From: an uncultured Gammaproteobacteria bacterium
Lineage (GTDB): Bacteria; Patescibacteriota; Patescibacteriia; VMEV01; CAYQCH01
Direction of reading: 5' to 3'
Length of the DNA: 64,000 bases
Assembly (NCBI GenBank): GCA_964352335.1
Contig: CAYGRO010000002.1
Location: forward strand, 77,138 to 141,137
Of this stretch, positions 55,843 to 64,000 are shown in pieces; the first letter of the stretch is position 1, and every line of letters begins with the position of its first letter. The position numbers and the translations under genes were made by a program. The notes under the pieces are model-generated. The model was not told where the DNA came from and searched no databases. It saw nothing but the letters and a program-made list of their open reading frames with translations.

Positions 55843-56391
55843 TTAAGCTTTACACAATATTTGAATCAATTGTTGATCTGCTCGTGAAACTTCTCTCCAG
55901 GCATCAATGATTTCGAACCCTACCGTTTCTAACAATGAAGCTAATTGCTCAGGTTGATAATAGACAATGGTCTGTTTTTCTTGTGAGAATGGCATTTGTT
56001 GATGAATTTCTTTTTTCCCTTCTCCCTCAATAAATGAAAGTGAAAATAAGCCATCTTGAACAAGCCAATCGATCATATGCTCAAAATAAGATTGCAATTG
56101 TTCAATTTCATAATGAATAAAAGATTGATGTGCCCAGATACCAGAAAAAGTTCTAAATGGAAATAATAGTTTATCGATACTATTGTAATACGTTTCTTTT
56201 GCAAAAGGATTTTGAATCTGTACCGCTGAGGGGTGTAGCTCTGCAACAATTAACTCGTGTCCGGTTTCGATGATTTCCTTTGAATATTGTGCACTGCCAG
56301 AATTCAATTCTAAAATAAGCCCCTCCTCTGGAAGCGCTTTTAAAAACTTTCGTAAAGCTTGTTCATATTTTAAAGGTGGGTTTTCATTCAT
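55843..56391 (-). CDS. Putative class I SAM-dependent methyltransferase-like protein
   Basis: Motif I-like ILELNSGSAQYS; 182 aa; weak. Confidence 0.35.
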   Translation of the reverse strand: MNENPPLKYEQALRKFLKALPEEGLILELNSGSAQYSKEIIETGHELIVAELHPSAVQIQNPFAKETYYNSIDKLLFPFRTFSGIWAHQSFIHYEIEQLQSYFEHMIDWLVQDGLFSLSFIEGEGKKEIHQQMPFSQEKQTIVYYQPEQLASLLETVGFEIIDAWREVSRADQQLIQILCKA

Positions 56392-57180
56392 TTAAAAAAT
56401 GGAAACGAGTAGAAGTGCTAAGAGAATACGATAAGCCCCAAAATAATACAAGGCATTTTTTTCAATAACACGTTCTAGTAAATGAATGGCGATTAACCCA
56501 CTTAAAAATGAGCCTATTAATCCGATAAAAATAGGAGTATATGCGACCTCCCCAGCATTAGATTGATAAAGATCTAGAAAACTTAATAATCCTGCCCCCA
56601 AAATAACTGGTAATCCCATAAGAAAGGAAAATTTGATCGCATCTTTTCTTTCTATATTTAAAAAGTAACCAGCAGTAAGCGTAATTCCTGAGCGAGAAGT
56701 ACCAGGAATTAGTGCAAGTGCCTGCGCTAATCCAATCAGTAATCCTTGTTTTATTGTAATATCGGAAAAAGCAATTTTTTTCTTTTGTCGTTTTGCGTAG
56801 TATTCAGCAAGAATAAGAACAATTCCCCATGCAATAAGAGAGAAAAGAACAATTTTAAAAGACCTGCCATCAGTTGCAATATAGTCTCTTAAAAAGAACC
56901 CAGCAAAAATAGCAGGAAGAGTTGAAATAAGCAGTGCCCAGACAATTGTTTTTTTACCTTGTTTTTGAAAAAAATCCAGTATGATTTTTTTAAGATCAGA
57001 AAAAAAGTAGACCAGTACTGCTAATGATGTACCTAAATGAACAACAGCATCAAATGCAAGTCCTTGGTCTGGCCAATGAAAAAACTTTGGAATCAAAATC
57101 AAATGTCCAGAACTTGAAATAGGTAAAAACTCTGTAATCCCTTGAACAAGGCTTAAAACAATTGCATGAATTATTGTCAT
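56392..57180 (-). CDS. uppP: Undecaprenyl-diphosphatase (UppP/BacA)
   Basis: VQGITEFLPISSSGHLIL and the C-terminal PGTSRSGITLTAGY motif; 8 TM. Confidence 0.85.
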   Translation of the reverse strand: MTIIHAIVLSLVQGITEFLPISSSGHLILIPKFFHWPDQGLAFDAVVHLGTSLAVLVYFFSDLKKIILDFFQKQGKKTIVWALLISTLPAIFAGFFLRDYIATDGRSFKIVLFSLIAWGIVLILAEYYAKRQKKKIAFSDITIKQGLLIGLAQALALIPGTSRSGITLTAGYFLNIERKDAIKFSFLMGLPVILGAGLLSFLDLYQSNAGEVAYTPIFIGLIGSFLSGLIAIHLLERVIEKNALYYFGAYRILLALLLVSIF

Positions 57181-57182
57181 AA

Positions 57183-58175
57183 TTATTTATCTGAAAACCG
57201 AACAACCACAGTTGATTTTGGCAAAAGATCTGGTGTTAATTTTAAGTCATACAAAACACCAGCTTGAGCAAGATTTGGAATAGAAGATAAAAAAAGTGTC
57301 ATTGGAAAAGGAGCGTCATTCACGAGGTCTTTCCCATTTACATCTGGCTCTATAGATATCATAACTTCTGCACCAGCCAAATCTAATGGAAATGCTAAGT
57401 CAGAGAAGATACCAATTGGTGGGTCTTGTAAAAAATCTTCTCCAGGAAAACTTGGAGATGCGGAATCATTGGAACTAAACCTAGAAAAATTATCTGCGGT
57501 AGTTGAACTTCTAAAGCGACCAGTCGTTAATGTTTTTTCATCAATAATAGCCCAACCTTCGTAGATCCAACCTTGAGGTAATTGTGGTAATTGTAATTTA
57601 GAGTTATTTGAAATAACATCTCCAAACCAAATCCCGCTTCTTTCATTTACTAAAGCATTATTATCCGTTGGGGTCGCTAAAGAATACTGACCACTTGCTT
57701 CATCTAATCCTGCTCCCACATAAGCTAAAACTGTTCTATCATTTTTTATCTCCCCTTCTAAAAATGGGATAATAATAGGCTGTTGGATAATACGATCATC
57801 AAAAAGTGATAAACGAACGGATACTATATCTGTAATATCTGGAGGAAGCTGGATAACCCCATCTTTTATAACCTGACCAGAACTAAAAACCAATTCACCA
57901 GGCGCTCTATGTAAAATTTTTGAAAAACTATGTCTTTGCCCTTTCGCGTTTTCTACCTCTAGTAGATACCCTACATTATCTAAAATGGGTAATGATTGAG
58001 GGAAAAATTGAATACCTGTGGCAATAGGCACCGTTCTTCTGACAACACCATCTAGGTTAGGTCTCTGATTAATATAGAGCTGATACCCCAAAGCAAGAAT
58101 AGCGACAACAGCCAAAGTGACTGTTCCCGAAGTTAAACGACCATAACCAGATTGTGATCTCAATAATTTGAACAT
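57183..58175 (-). CDS. Membrane-anchored hypothetical protein
   Basis: N-terminal TM followed by a 300-aa extracytoplasmic region with no motif. Confidence 0.35.
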   Translation of the reverse strand: MFKLLRSQSGYGRLTSGTVTLAVVAILALGYQLYINQRPNLDGVVRRTVPIATGIQFFPQSLPILDNVGYLLEVENAKGQRHSFSKILHRAPGELVFSSGQVIKDGVIQLPPDITDIVSVRLSLFDDRIIQQPIIIPFLEGEIKNDRTVLAYVGAGLDEASGQYSLATPTDNNALVNERSGIWFGDVISNNSKLQLPQLPQGWIYEGWAIIDEKTLTTGRFRSSTTADNFSRFSSNDSASPSFPGEDFLQDPPIGIFSDLAFPLDLAGAEVMISIEPDVNGKDLVNDAPFPMTLFLSSIPNLAQAGVLYDLKLTPDLLPKSTVVVRFSDK

Positions 58176-58183
58176 TTTTTTAT

Positions 58184-58474
58184 TTATGGATAGATTTGTA
58201 TTCCTTCTTCATCATATAAAATAACAGCTGCTACTGGGCAAGCTTGAGCTGATTCAAGCAATGTTTCAAAATCGACATCTAGAGCCCCTTCTTTAACAAC
58301 GGCTATATTTTCATCATCCATATAATAAGCATCTGGCGCAACAACAACACAACTTTCTGCACCAATACAAAGATCACGATCGACCTCTACTTTGCCAATT
58401 TTTTTTGAACTCGAAGCAGCTGTTGAATCAGTTTTTTGTGGAATAGATGGGTTTTGTACGAGGTCTAGTGACAT
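58184..58474 (-). CDS. Small ferredoxin-like iron-sulfur protein
   Basis: CIGAESC...ACP cysteine pattern compatible with a single [3Fe/4Fe-4S] cluster ferredoxin; 96 aa. Confidence 0.5.
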   Translation of the reverse strand: MSLDLVQNPSIPQKTDSTAASSSKKIGKVEVDRDLCIGAESCVVVAPDAYYMDDENIAVVKEGALDVDFETLLESAQACPVAAVILYDEEGIQIYP

Positions 58475-58480
58475 AATATG

Positions 58481-58945
58481 TTAACTTAATTTTTCAGAAA
58501 TAGATTTCCACATCCCTTTAAATTCTTTTGATAGCTTGTTCAATTTTGGTTGCATTTTTTTACTTCTTGTTGCTTTTTTGACAGCAGAGTCAACAATTTC
58601 TTCGAATCGTTTTTTTGTCATTTCTCCTTTGTATTTAGAAACACGAGCAAGAATATCTGCTTTTGCTTTTGTAAAAATACGTAAAGTTTCTGGCGAGACT
58701 TCACCAAGAGTTTTTTCAATCATTGCATCAGCTTGCTTTTTTGTTATTTTCAATTGTTTCCAAAGCTTATGTGACTCACGCATTAAATCATCTTGCAATT
58801 CTTTTCCTTTTTTCGGAGCTTTTAATAAACCAACAGTCACACCAATAATTCCACCAAGTGCTAATGCAACTGTTGCAATAGAAGCTGACTTTTTGGCTCT
58901 GCTTACTGCAGATGGCTGTTTTTTCTCTTTTTTGTTTTTTGTCAT
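58481..58945 (-). CDS. Lys-rich membrane-anchored helical protein (YtxH-like), unknown function
   Basis: N-terminal TM and a predicted amphipathic helical remainder. Confidence 0.35.
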   Translation of the reverse strand: MTKNKKEKKQPSAVSRAKKSASIATVALALGGIIGVTVGLLKAPKKGKELQDDLMRESHKLWKQLKITKKQADAMIEKTLGEVSPETLRIFTKAKADILARVSKYKGEMTKKRFEEIVDSAVKKATRSKKMQPKLNKLSKEFKGMWKSISEKLS

Positions 58946-59007
58946 ATTAGTATTTTATCTTGCCTTAAAATATGGCATTAATAGGTAAAAATATAAATTA
59001 TCTACGC

Positions 59008-61086
59008 TCATAATTTCACAGTTTGACCAGGTTGTAAAGATTGTGATTCTTCTTTATTATCACCTTCTTTTTCTTTTACTTGACCATGCTGTAATGTGAC
59101 AGTTTTATTTGTAAGCTCGTTCAATTTCATTTCTTTTGATGGAATTTCGTTTTGAGCCTCTTCTGGAGAAGATATGCCATCACGTGGTGATAAAACCTTT
59201 TTTTCTTGTTTTTCAGGTTTTACTGAGTTTGAATTATTCTCAGGTTTCTTTTCAATAACTTTTGATTTCTTTCCTTCTTTTTGTTTATCCCTTCTTTTTT
59301 TTAAACAATCAGAACAATAAATGGGTTTATTTGGATCTGGATCGAAAGGAACACTGTCTTTTTTCCCACAATCGTCACAGGTAATTTCAAATTGCTTTAA
59401 TTGTTTTTTAGGCTTTGTCGTCTCCGACTTTGGTTTTGGTATTGGAGCAGAAGTTGTTTTTTTTGCCACCTCCTTCTTTGGTTCTGATTCTGTTTTTTTA
59501 ATGACGGGAGGTGTTTTAGGCCCTGAACTTGCCACCTCTTTTTGATCTTCCGCATCATCTGCATCGTAGTCTTCATCATCAGCATCTCTTCCAACAATAT
59601 CCCCAATATCCACATCAATATTTTCACTTAAGTCTACCATTGCCTGAGTTAACTGACGCACAATTTCAACTGCATCTGCATTTCCCATTTTTGCAAGTTG
59701 TTCGTATTCTGGTAACAGTTTTTCAATTTTTTTAATTTTCTTTTTATTACGCTTCTTTTTTCGCTTTTCTTCATCTTTAACGCCTTCTTCATCTGGCGTT
59801 GCCATACCTGACCATTCAAGAATTTCTCTTTCAACATCTTCTCTGCTATTTGAATATTTTTCTCGTGTCCTGTCGATAACTTTTTGTGCATTCCCAGTAT
59901 TTCCTGAAAACGGAGCCAATCCGACAGCACTAAAAGGTTCAGAAGCAATCCCATTTATCATTAACTTTAAATAACAATTATACTTTGGGATATTCACCAA
60001 ATCTTCTTCTATATACCTTGGTGTAAATTCTTTCACTAATTCATCTGCATCTGCGGCCCCAATCCTAAAGAGAATCATTGTTCCAACGTTTCCAAATACA
60101 GCAGCTTTTACAACATCCCCTAATTGTTCAACATATTGATGAGCAATAATAAGATTTAATCGGTACTTTCGGGCTTCAGACAAAATATTCGCGAAACTTT
60201 CTGTTGCAAAGTTTTGAAACTCATCTACATAAAGATAAAAATCCTTTCGTGTTTCTTCATCGATATCTACACGACTCATCGCAGCTAATTGGATTTTTGT
60301 AATCATCATAGCCCCTAAAAGCGCCGCATTATCTTCTCCAATTCGCCCTTTAGACAGATTGAACAAAATGATTTTTTCATTATCCATTGCTTCTCGAATA
60401 TTTATTGAAGAAGATGTTTGTCCAATAACGTTCCTGATTAATGAACTAGATAAAAATTGTCCAACTTTATTTTGAATAGGAGAAATTGCTTCCGTTAAGA
60501 ACTGTTGATTATATTTAGAAAATTCATCTACCCAAAATGATTTAACAACAGGATCTTGAATTTTTGCAATCACTTTTTTTCTAAAATTATTGTCAACAAA
60601 CATTCGAGGAATCCCTAGTAATGTTGCATCTTGATAATCGAGTAAAGCTAAAATTACGTTTCTCAATAAATATTCAAGCCGAGGCCCCCAACTATCTGCC
60701 CAAATCTTTTTAAACACCCCGACAAGCCCAGAAGCAACTAAATGACGATATTGAGGCTCCACCTTTTCAACCACATTAAAAGCAATAGGAAAATCCATAT
60801 CTGAAGGATTGAAATAAATCACATCATCTATACGATTGTCTGGAATAAGTTTGATCACTTTTTCTACTAAATCTCCATGCGGATCTACAAGCGCTAAACC
60901 TTTGTTATTATAAATATCTTGAATAACAAGATTTTCAATCATGGTAGATTTACCCATCCCTGTTTTTCCAATCAAATACATATGACGGCGGCGATCGTCT
61001 CTCATAATACCAAATCGCTGACGAGCATTTCTAAAATTTGTTTCGCCAACAAAGGTAATTTCAGGATGAATTGGTATCAAGCCCAT
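59008..61086 (-). CDS. VirD4/TraG/TraD-family (T4SS coupling-protein-like) P-loop ATPase, cytoplasmic, with Lys-rich disordered tail and C-terminal CxxC-x17-CxxC zinc ribbon
   Basis: Walker A LIGKTGMGKST. Walker B/coupling-protein signature YVDEFQNF...EARKYRLNLIIAHQYVEQL. No N-terminal TM. C-terminal KKRKKKRNKKKIKK run, acidic stretch, and zinc ribbon ITCDDCGKKDSVPFDPDPNKPIYCSDCLKK. Confidence 0.5.
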   Translation of the reverse strand: MGLIPIHPEITFVGETNFRNARQRFGIMRDDRRRHMYLIGKTGMGKSTMIENLVIQDIYNNKGLALVDPHGDLVEKVIKLIPDNRIDDVIYFNPSDMDFPIAFNVVEKVEPQYRHLVASGLVGVFKKIWADSWGPRLEYLLRNVILALLDYQDATLLGIPRMFVDNNFRKKVIAKIQDPVVKSFWVDEFSKYNQQFLTEAISPIQNKVGQFLSSSLIRNVIGQTSSSINIREAMDNEKIILFNLSKGRIGEDNAALLGAMMITKIQLAAMSRVDIDEETRKDFYLYVDEFQNFATESFANILSEARKYRLNLIIAHQYVEQLGDVVKAAVFGNVGTMILFRIGAADADELVKEFTPRYIEEDLVNIPKYNCYLKLMINGIASEPFSAVGLAPFSGNTGNAQKVIDRTREKYSNSREDVEREILEWSGMATPDEEGVKDEEKRKKKRNKKKIKKIEKLLPEYEQLAKMGNADAVEIVRQLTQAMVDLSENIDVDIGDIVGRDADDEDYDADDAEDQKEVASSGPKTPPVIKKTESEPKKEVAKKTTSAPIPKPKSETTKPKKQLKQFEITCDDCGKKDSVPFDPDPNKPIYCSDCLKKRRDKQKEGKKSKVIEKKPENNSNSVKPEKQEKKVLSPRDGISSPEEAQNEIPSKEMKLNELTNKTVTLQHGQVKEKEGDNKEESQSLQPGQTVKL

Positions 61087-61115
61087 AGGATGTAAAAGGA
61101 TAATGTGTAAAGGAT

Positions 61116-62666
61116 TTAGCTATTGTCTGTATCGTCTGGAATTTGAATATATTTAACTTGTGAATCATCTGGCATAATAGGATCCGACATAGGTGCTTCT
61201 GGTTGAGCTGGAATATTTTTGAGTAATTCATTGGCAACAGGAATATTAGCTACAGTACCTGAAAGCGGGCTAAAAGGAATTTGTAATTCTGGGGGTTCTG
61301 GCGCGGTATCAGGTAATGGCATACTAATTCCACCAATATCTCCTGTTGGTAATGTAGTTGGTGGCTCACTCTTTTTAGCACCAGTACGTTTTACCAATGG
61401 AGCTTTCACACTCATCATTGGGAAATGATAAATGGTTGCAAGCTCTTCTGAATTTAAGACGAACTTACCAGGAGTATCACCAGCATAGGTACTTCTCCCT
61501 GAAATAGCTGCATAAAAAGAATTTTGTCTTTGATAAATACGTGCTTTTTTAAACCAATAATTTGCTTTAGTCCAAGATCTTTTTTCTACTTTTAATCGAT
61601 TCTTGCTGGCATCTTCAAATTGTTTAATCGCTCCAACAACAGGACCTACTCCTCTTGCTTTACTGTAAACTGAATGTTTTGCAAAATAGGCAATCCTAAT
61701 ACGACATTTATACGCGAGCTTTCCTGTTTTTCTTTCCATATCTTCTAAAACAGTTCTTTCCCCTGGCGTTAATTTAAACATGGGACTTTTACCAATTTCA
61801 TCCGTATTATCGTCACCACTACTAGATACGGTTAATTCAGTTCCCGTTGTAGCATCTAATGTTTTAACAAGTAAATGTGGAATATCTAAAAGAAATCCAA
61901 GAATACCACCTCGCTTTTTTAATTTTAAAGGTCTATCAATCATCTTATTAATTTCATTTTGCGCATCCGGAACCCAATCAGGTTCTACAATTGGAATTGC
62001 AAGTATTTGATACCAAATTTGTTCACCTTTTCCAATTTTACTCATGATTTCTAATAATGCTCCCATTGGATCAATAAGTTCTCCACGAAGCTTATCTTCG
62101 AATTCATTATAGGTTTTGATAGGATAGGCATTTGGTTTATCTAGAGCATATCCTGTTCCAAAAAACTCCCAATCTTTATTTGGCCAAACTGATGGAACAT
62201 CTTTTGTATAATCTTTTACTTCACTAACTTCAGCGTCTGGATATTGTGCATAAACAGCCGCTTCAACAAGATCCCTCCAAGATTCTGGACAACGAATAAT
62301 ATATTGCACATATCCTTCTAAACTCACGATTTCAAAAGAGAACCAATCTTGAAACTCACCACCAATTTTTTCTTCTACCCAAGTCGATGTACCATGAGCA
62401 CCTGCTAATTGATTAAAAATAGCTTCCATTGCTGCTGGTGATTGTTCTGTTATCGCTGGAACATCAACAGCAAGAAAGATAAACCTTCTTGACCGTGCTG
62501 AATAAATACCCGAGGTCCAAAACTGAAAAGCTTCCCAAACCTCGTCTAAAAACCATTTAAAAAAAATAAGCCAGACACCATTTACAAATAACAAAGCAAC
62601 CAACTTCCATGTCGGCTGAGTAATCCAATTAAAGATCCAATCAATGGATGTAAATGAAATCGGCAT
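61116..62666 (-). CDS. Membrane protein (2 N-terminal TM) with Pro-rich C-terminus; probable partner of the adjacent ATPase
   Basis: 516 aa, no recognisable catalytic motif; tightly linked (29-nt gap) upstream of the ATPase gene. Confidence 0.35.
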   Translation of the reverse strand: MPISFTSIDWIFNWITQPTWKLVALLFVNGVWLIFFKWFLDEVWEAFQFWTSGIYSARSRRFIFLAVDVPAITEQSPAAMEAIFNQLAGAHGTSTWVEEKIGGEFQDWFSFEIVSLEGYVQYIIRCPESWRDLVEAAVYAQYPDAEVSEVKDYTKDVPSVWPNKDWEFFGTGYALDKPNAYPIKTYNEFEDKLRGELIDPMGALLEIMSKIGKGEQIWYQILAIPIVEPDWVPDAQNEINKMIDRPLKLKKRGGILGFLLDIPHLLVKTLDATTGTELTVSSSGDDNTDEIGKSPMFKLTPGERTVLEDMERKTGKLAYKCRIRIAYFAKHSVYSKARGVGPVVGAIKQFEDASKNRLKVEKRSWTKANYWFKKARIYQRQNSFYAAISGRSTYAGDTPGKFVLNSEELATIYHFPMMSVKAPLVKRTGAKKSEPPTTLPTGDIGGISMPLPDTAPEPPELQIPFSPLSGTVANIPVANELLKNIPAQPEAPMSDPIMPDDSQVKYIQIPDDTDNS

Positions 62667-62779
62667 AATTGTATTTTAGCATGAATCTTCTTTTCTCGAG
62701 AAGTCTTCTTTCTATTTTTTAATAACAAAAAGCAGGGTATAAAACCCCGCTTGTAAATTGTTTATGATAGTTATAGTTA

Positions 62780-63880
62780 TTATGCACTTGCCAAACTATA
62801 TTTACCACCATCTACTTTATTGAATCGATTTTTATTCATCAAAGCTAAGTGAATTGTACTTTTTCCAACAATTCGTTGATTTAATACACGTTCAACAATT
62901 TCATCTCGTGATAATGGTTTTTCAGCTTCACCTAAGACTCGTTGAATAACATCTGCAACAACACCAGGTTCATATCCCCATTCAGATAAGGCATAAATAC
63001 CTCGTCCAACAAGAACATATTTATCATCTAAGATCAGTTCATTATGAACAGTCGCTGGATATGCTGTTTTGTGATCAAATTGCAATTTATTAATCTGTTC
63101 AGCAATATCTGTGAAATGTAACGGCTTTTTAAGATGTTTTAAGACAAGATGAATTTTATCATTCATTCGTTTTGGAGTAATACTATTCCAATCTGATTTA
63201 CCCCAATGTCCAAAAATATTTTGCTTTAATCTCTTTGAAATCCTTAAATGACCTCTCACTTTTGCTTCTGAATGACCAGTTAATGATTCAAGCAATGCTT
63301 TAATTAAAGCATCTTCTTCAATTGGTTCTGAATGAGAGTCAATATACTTAATGAGCTCTTTAATAAGATCATTAATATGTTGCTCTTCTACGATCGATAA
63401 TTTCCATGAACGTTGAAAATGATCAGCTTTATGAAAAAGATCAAATTGTTCATGCAATAATTTATCCATGAAGAATAATAAAATTGAACGATGAACAGTG
63501 CTTTCTTCATTTCTAGACAAAGCTAAGTCTAAAAGATGATTCTCTTCTAAAACTCCACCATGTTGTTCTAAAACTTGAAATAAAACAGTTTGAACTTGTT
63601 TTAATAAATCTGATAATTCTTCTAATTTTCGAAGCTTTTTAATACTTCCAGTCTCGATTTGACGAACACGTTCTCGTGTAACACCAAAATGTTTTCCAAT
63701 CACTTCTAATGTTTGTGGATCATTTCCTGTTAAACCAAATCGGCGACTTAAAACCTCTTGTTCTCTCTCATTTAATTCTTGAAACAAAGTTAATAATACC
63801 GCTTGAGGATCAAACTGGTTCAAGTCTTCGGCTTGTTTATTCTCCATCACCTTATCTAGAATAGATTCCTTGAAATCCAT
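62780..63880 (-). CDS. Protein with N-terminal sigma-70 region-4-like HTH followed by ~280 aa of unknown function
   Basis: Residues ~30-85 (LNEREQEVLSRRFGLTGNDPQTLEVIGKHFGVTRERVRQIETGSIKKLR) are a textbook sigma region 4.2 HTH, but placed at the N-terminus; no region 2. 366 aa. Confidence 0.45.
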   Translation of the reverse strand: MDFKESILDKVMENKQAEDLNQFDPQAVLLTLFQELNEREQEVLSRRFGLTGNDPQTLEVIGKHFGVTRERVRQIETGSIKKLRKLEELSDLLKQVQTVLFQVLEQHGGVLEENHLLDLALSRNEESTVHRSILLFFMDKLLHEQFDLFHKADHFQRSWKLSIVEEQHINDLIKELIKYIDSHSEPIEEDALIKALLESLTGHSEAKVRGHLRISKRLKQNIFGHWGKSDWNSITPKRMNDKIHLVLKHLKKPLHFTDIAEQINKLQFDHKTAYPATVHNELILDDKYVLVGRGIYALSEWGYEPGVVADVIQRVLGEAEKPLSRDEIVERVLNQRIVGKSTIHLALMNKNRFNKVDGGKYSLASA

Positions 63881-64000
63881 ATCGGTACTTATTAATTACA
63901 ATAGACTGAGAAACAACTAAACTGTCTAGCTGTTTTATAGACATGATTCATAAAAATTAGTCTAATATGCTCAACGGGACTAATATAGCATAAATAAACT

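Overview
AT-rich bacterial chromosomal segment in which almost every gene is on the minus strand. Core content includes the MurJ N-terminus, an FtsE/FtsX/RlpA-like/FtsB division cluster, two exopolysaccharide clusters (WbaP-like priming transferase and GT4; Wzx, three glycosyltransferases and an O-antigen-ligase-like protein), Mfd, RnhA, RecJ, LepA, the rpsM-rpsK-rpsD-rpoA-rplQ-rplM-rpsI alpha operon with rpmJ and infA, AlaRS, MnmA and UppP. RNA genes I can support are tRNA-Gln(UUG) at 9832-9905 and an RNase P RNA (rnpB) at about 28302-28758 with a consensus sigma70 promoter. The short AlaRS, the alpha-CTD-less RpoA, the many glycosyltransferases, giant Ser/Thr-rich surface proteins, a T4SS coupling-protein-like ATPase and weak Shine-Dalgarno sites are reminiscent of a small-genome Patescibacteria/CPR-like organism; that is inference only. 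The main anomalies are: (1) a 1.5 kb ORF-free, GC-enriched, hairpin-dense region at 1578-3130 with two promoter-to-terminator units that look like large structured ncRNAs of unknown class; (2) a rearranged tRNA-Gln locus at 9687-10240 where an intact tRNA-Gln and a small GIY-YIG nuclease ORF sit between duplicated fragments of a second tRNA-Gln copy, with the interruption bounded by palindromic CCTGCC..GGCAGG hairpins; (3) a GC-mosaic accessory cluster at 4980-9400 beside that tRNA (HAD-IIB phosphatase, RHH-fused sugar-phosphate nucleotidyltransferase, AstE/AspA-family deacylase, ATP-grasp ligase); (4) a ~120-aa domain shared by three secreted proteins, including a 1200-aa surface protein sitting downstream of an ECF sigma/anti-sigma pair with a ~340-nt structured leader; (5) TTTGTAGATT repeat arrays upstream of two operons; (6) a cytoplasmic VirD4/TraG-like ATPase with a Lys-rich tail and zinc ribbon next to a membrane partner; and (7) a protein with a sigma region-4 HTH at its N-terminus.
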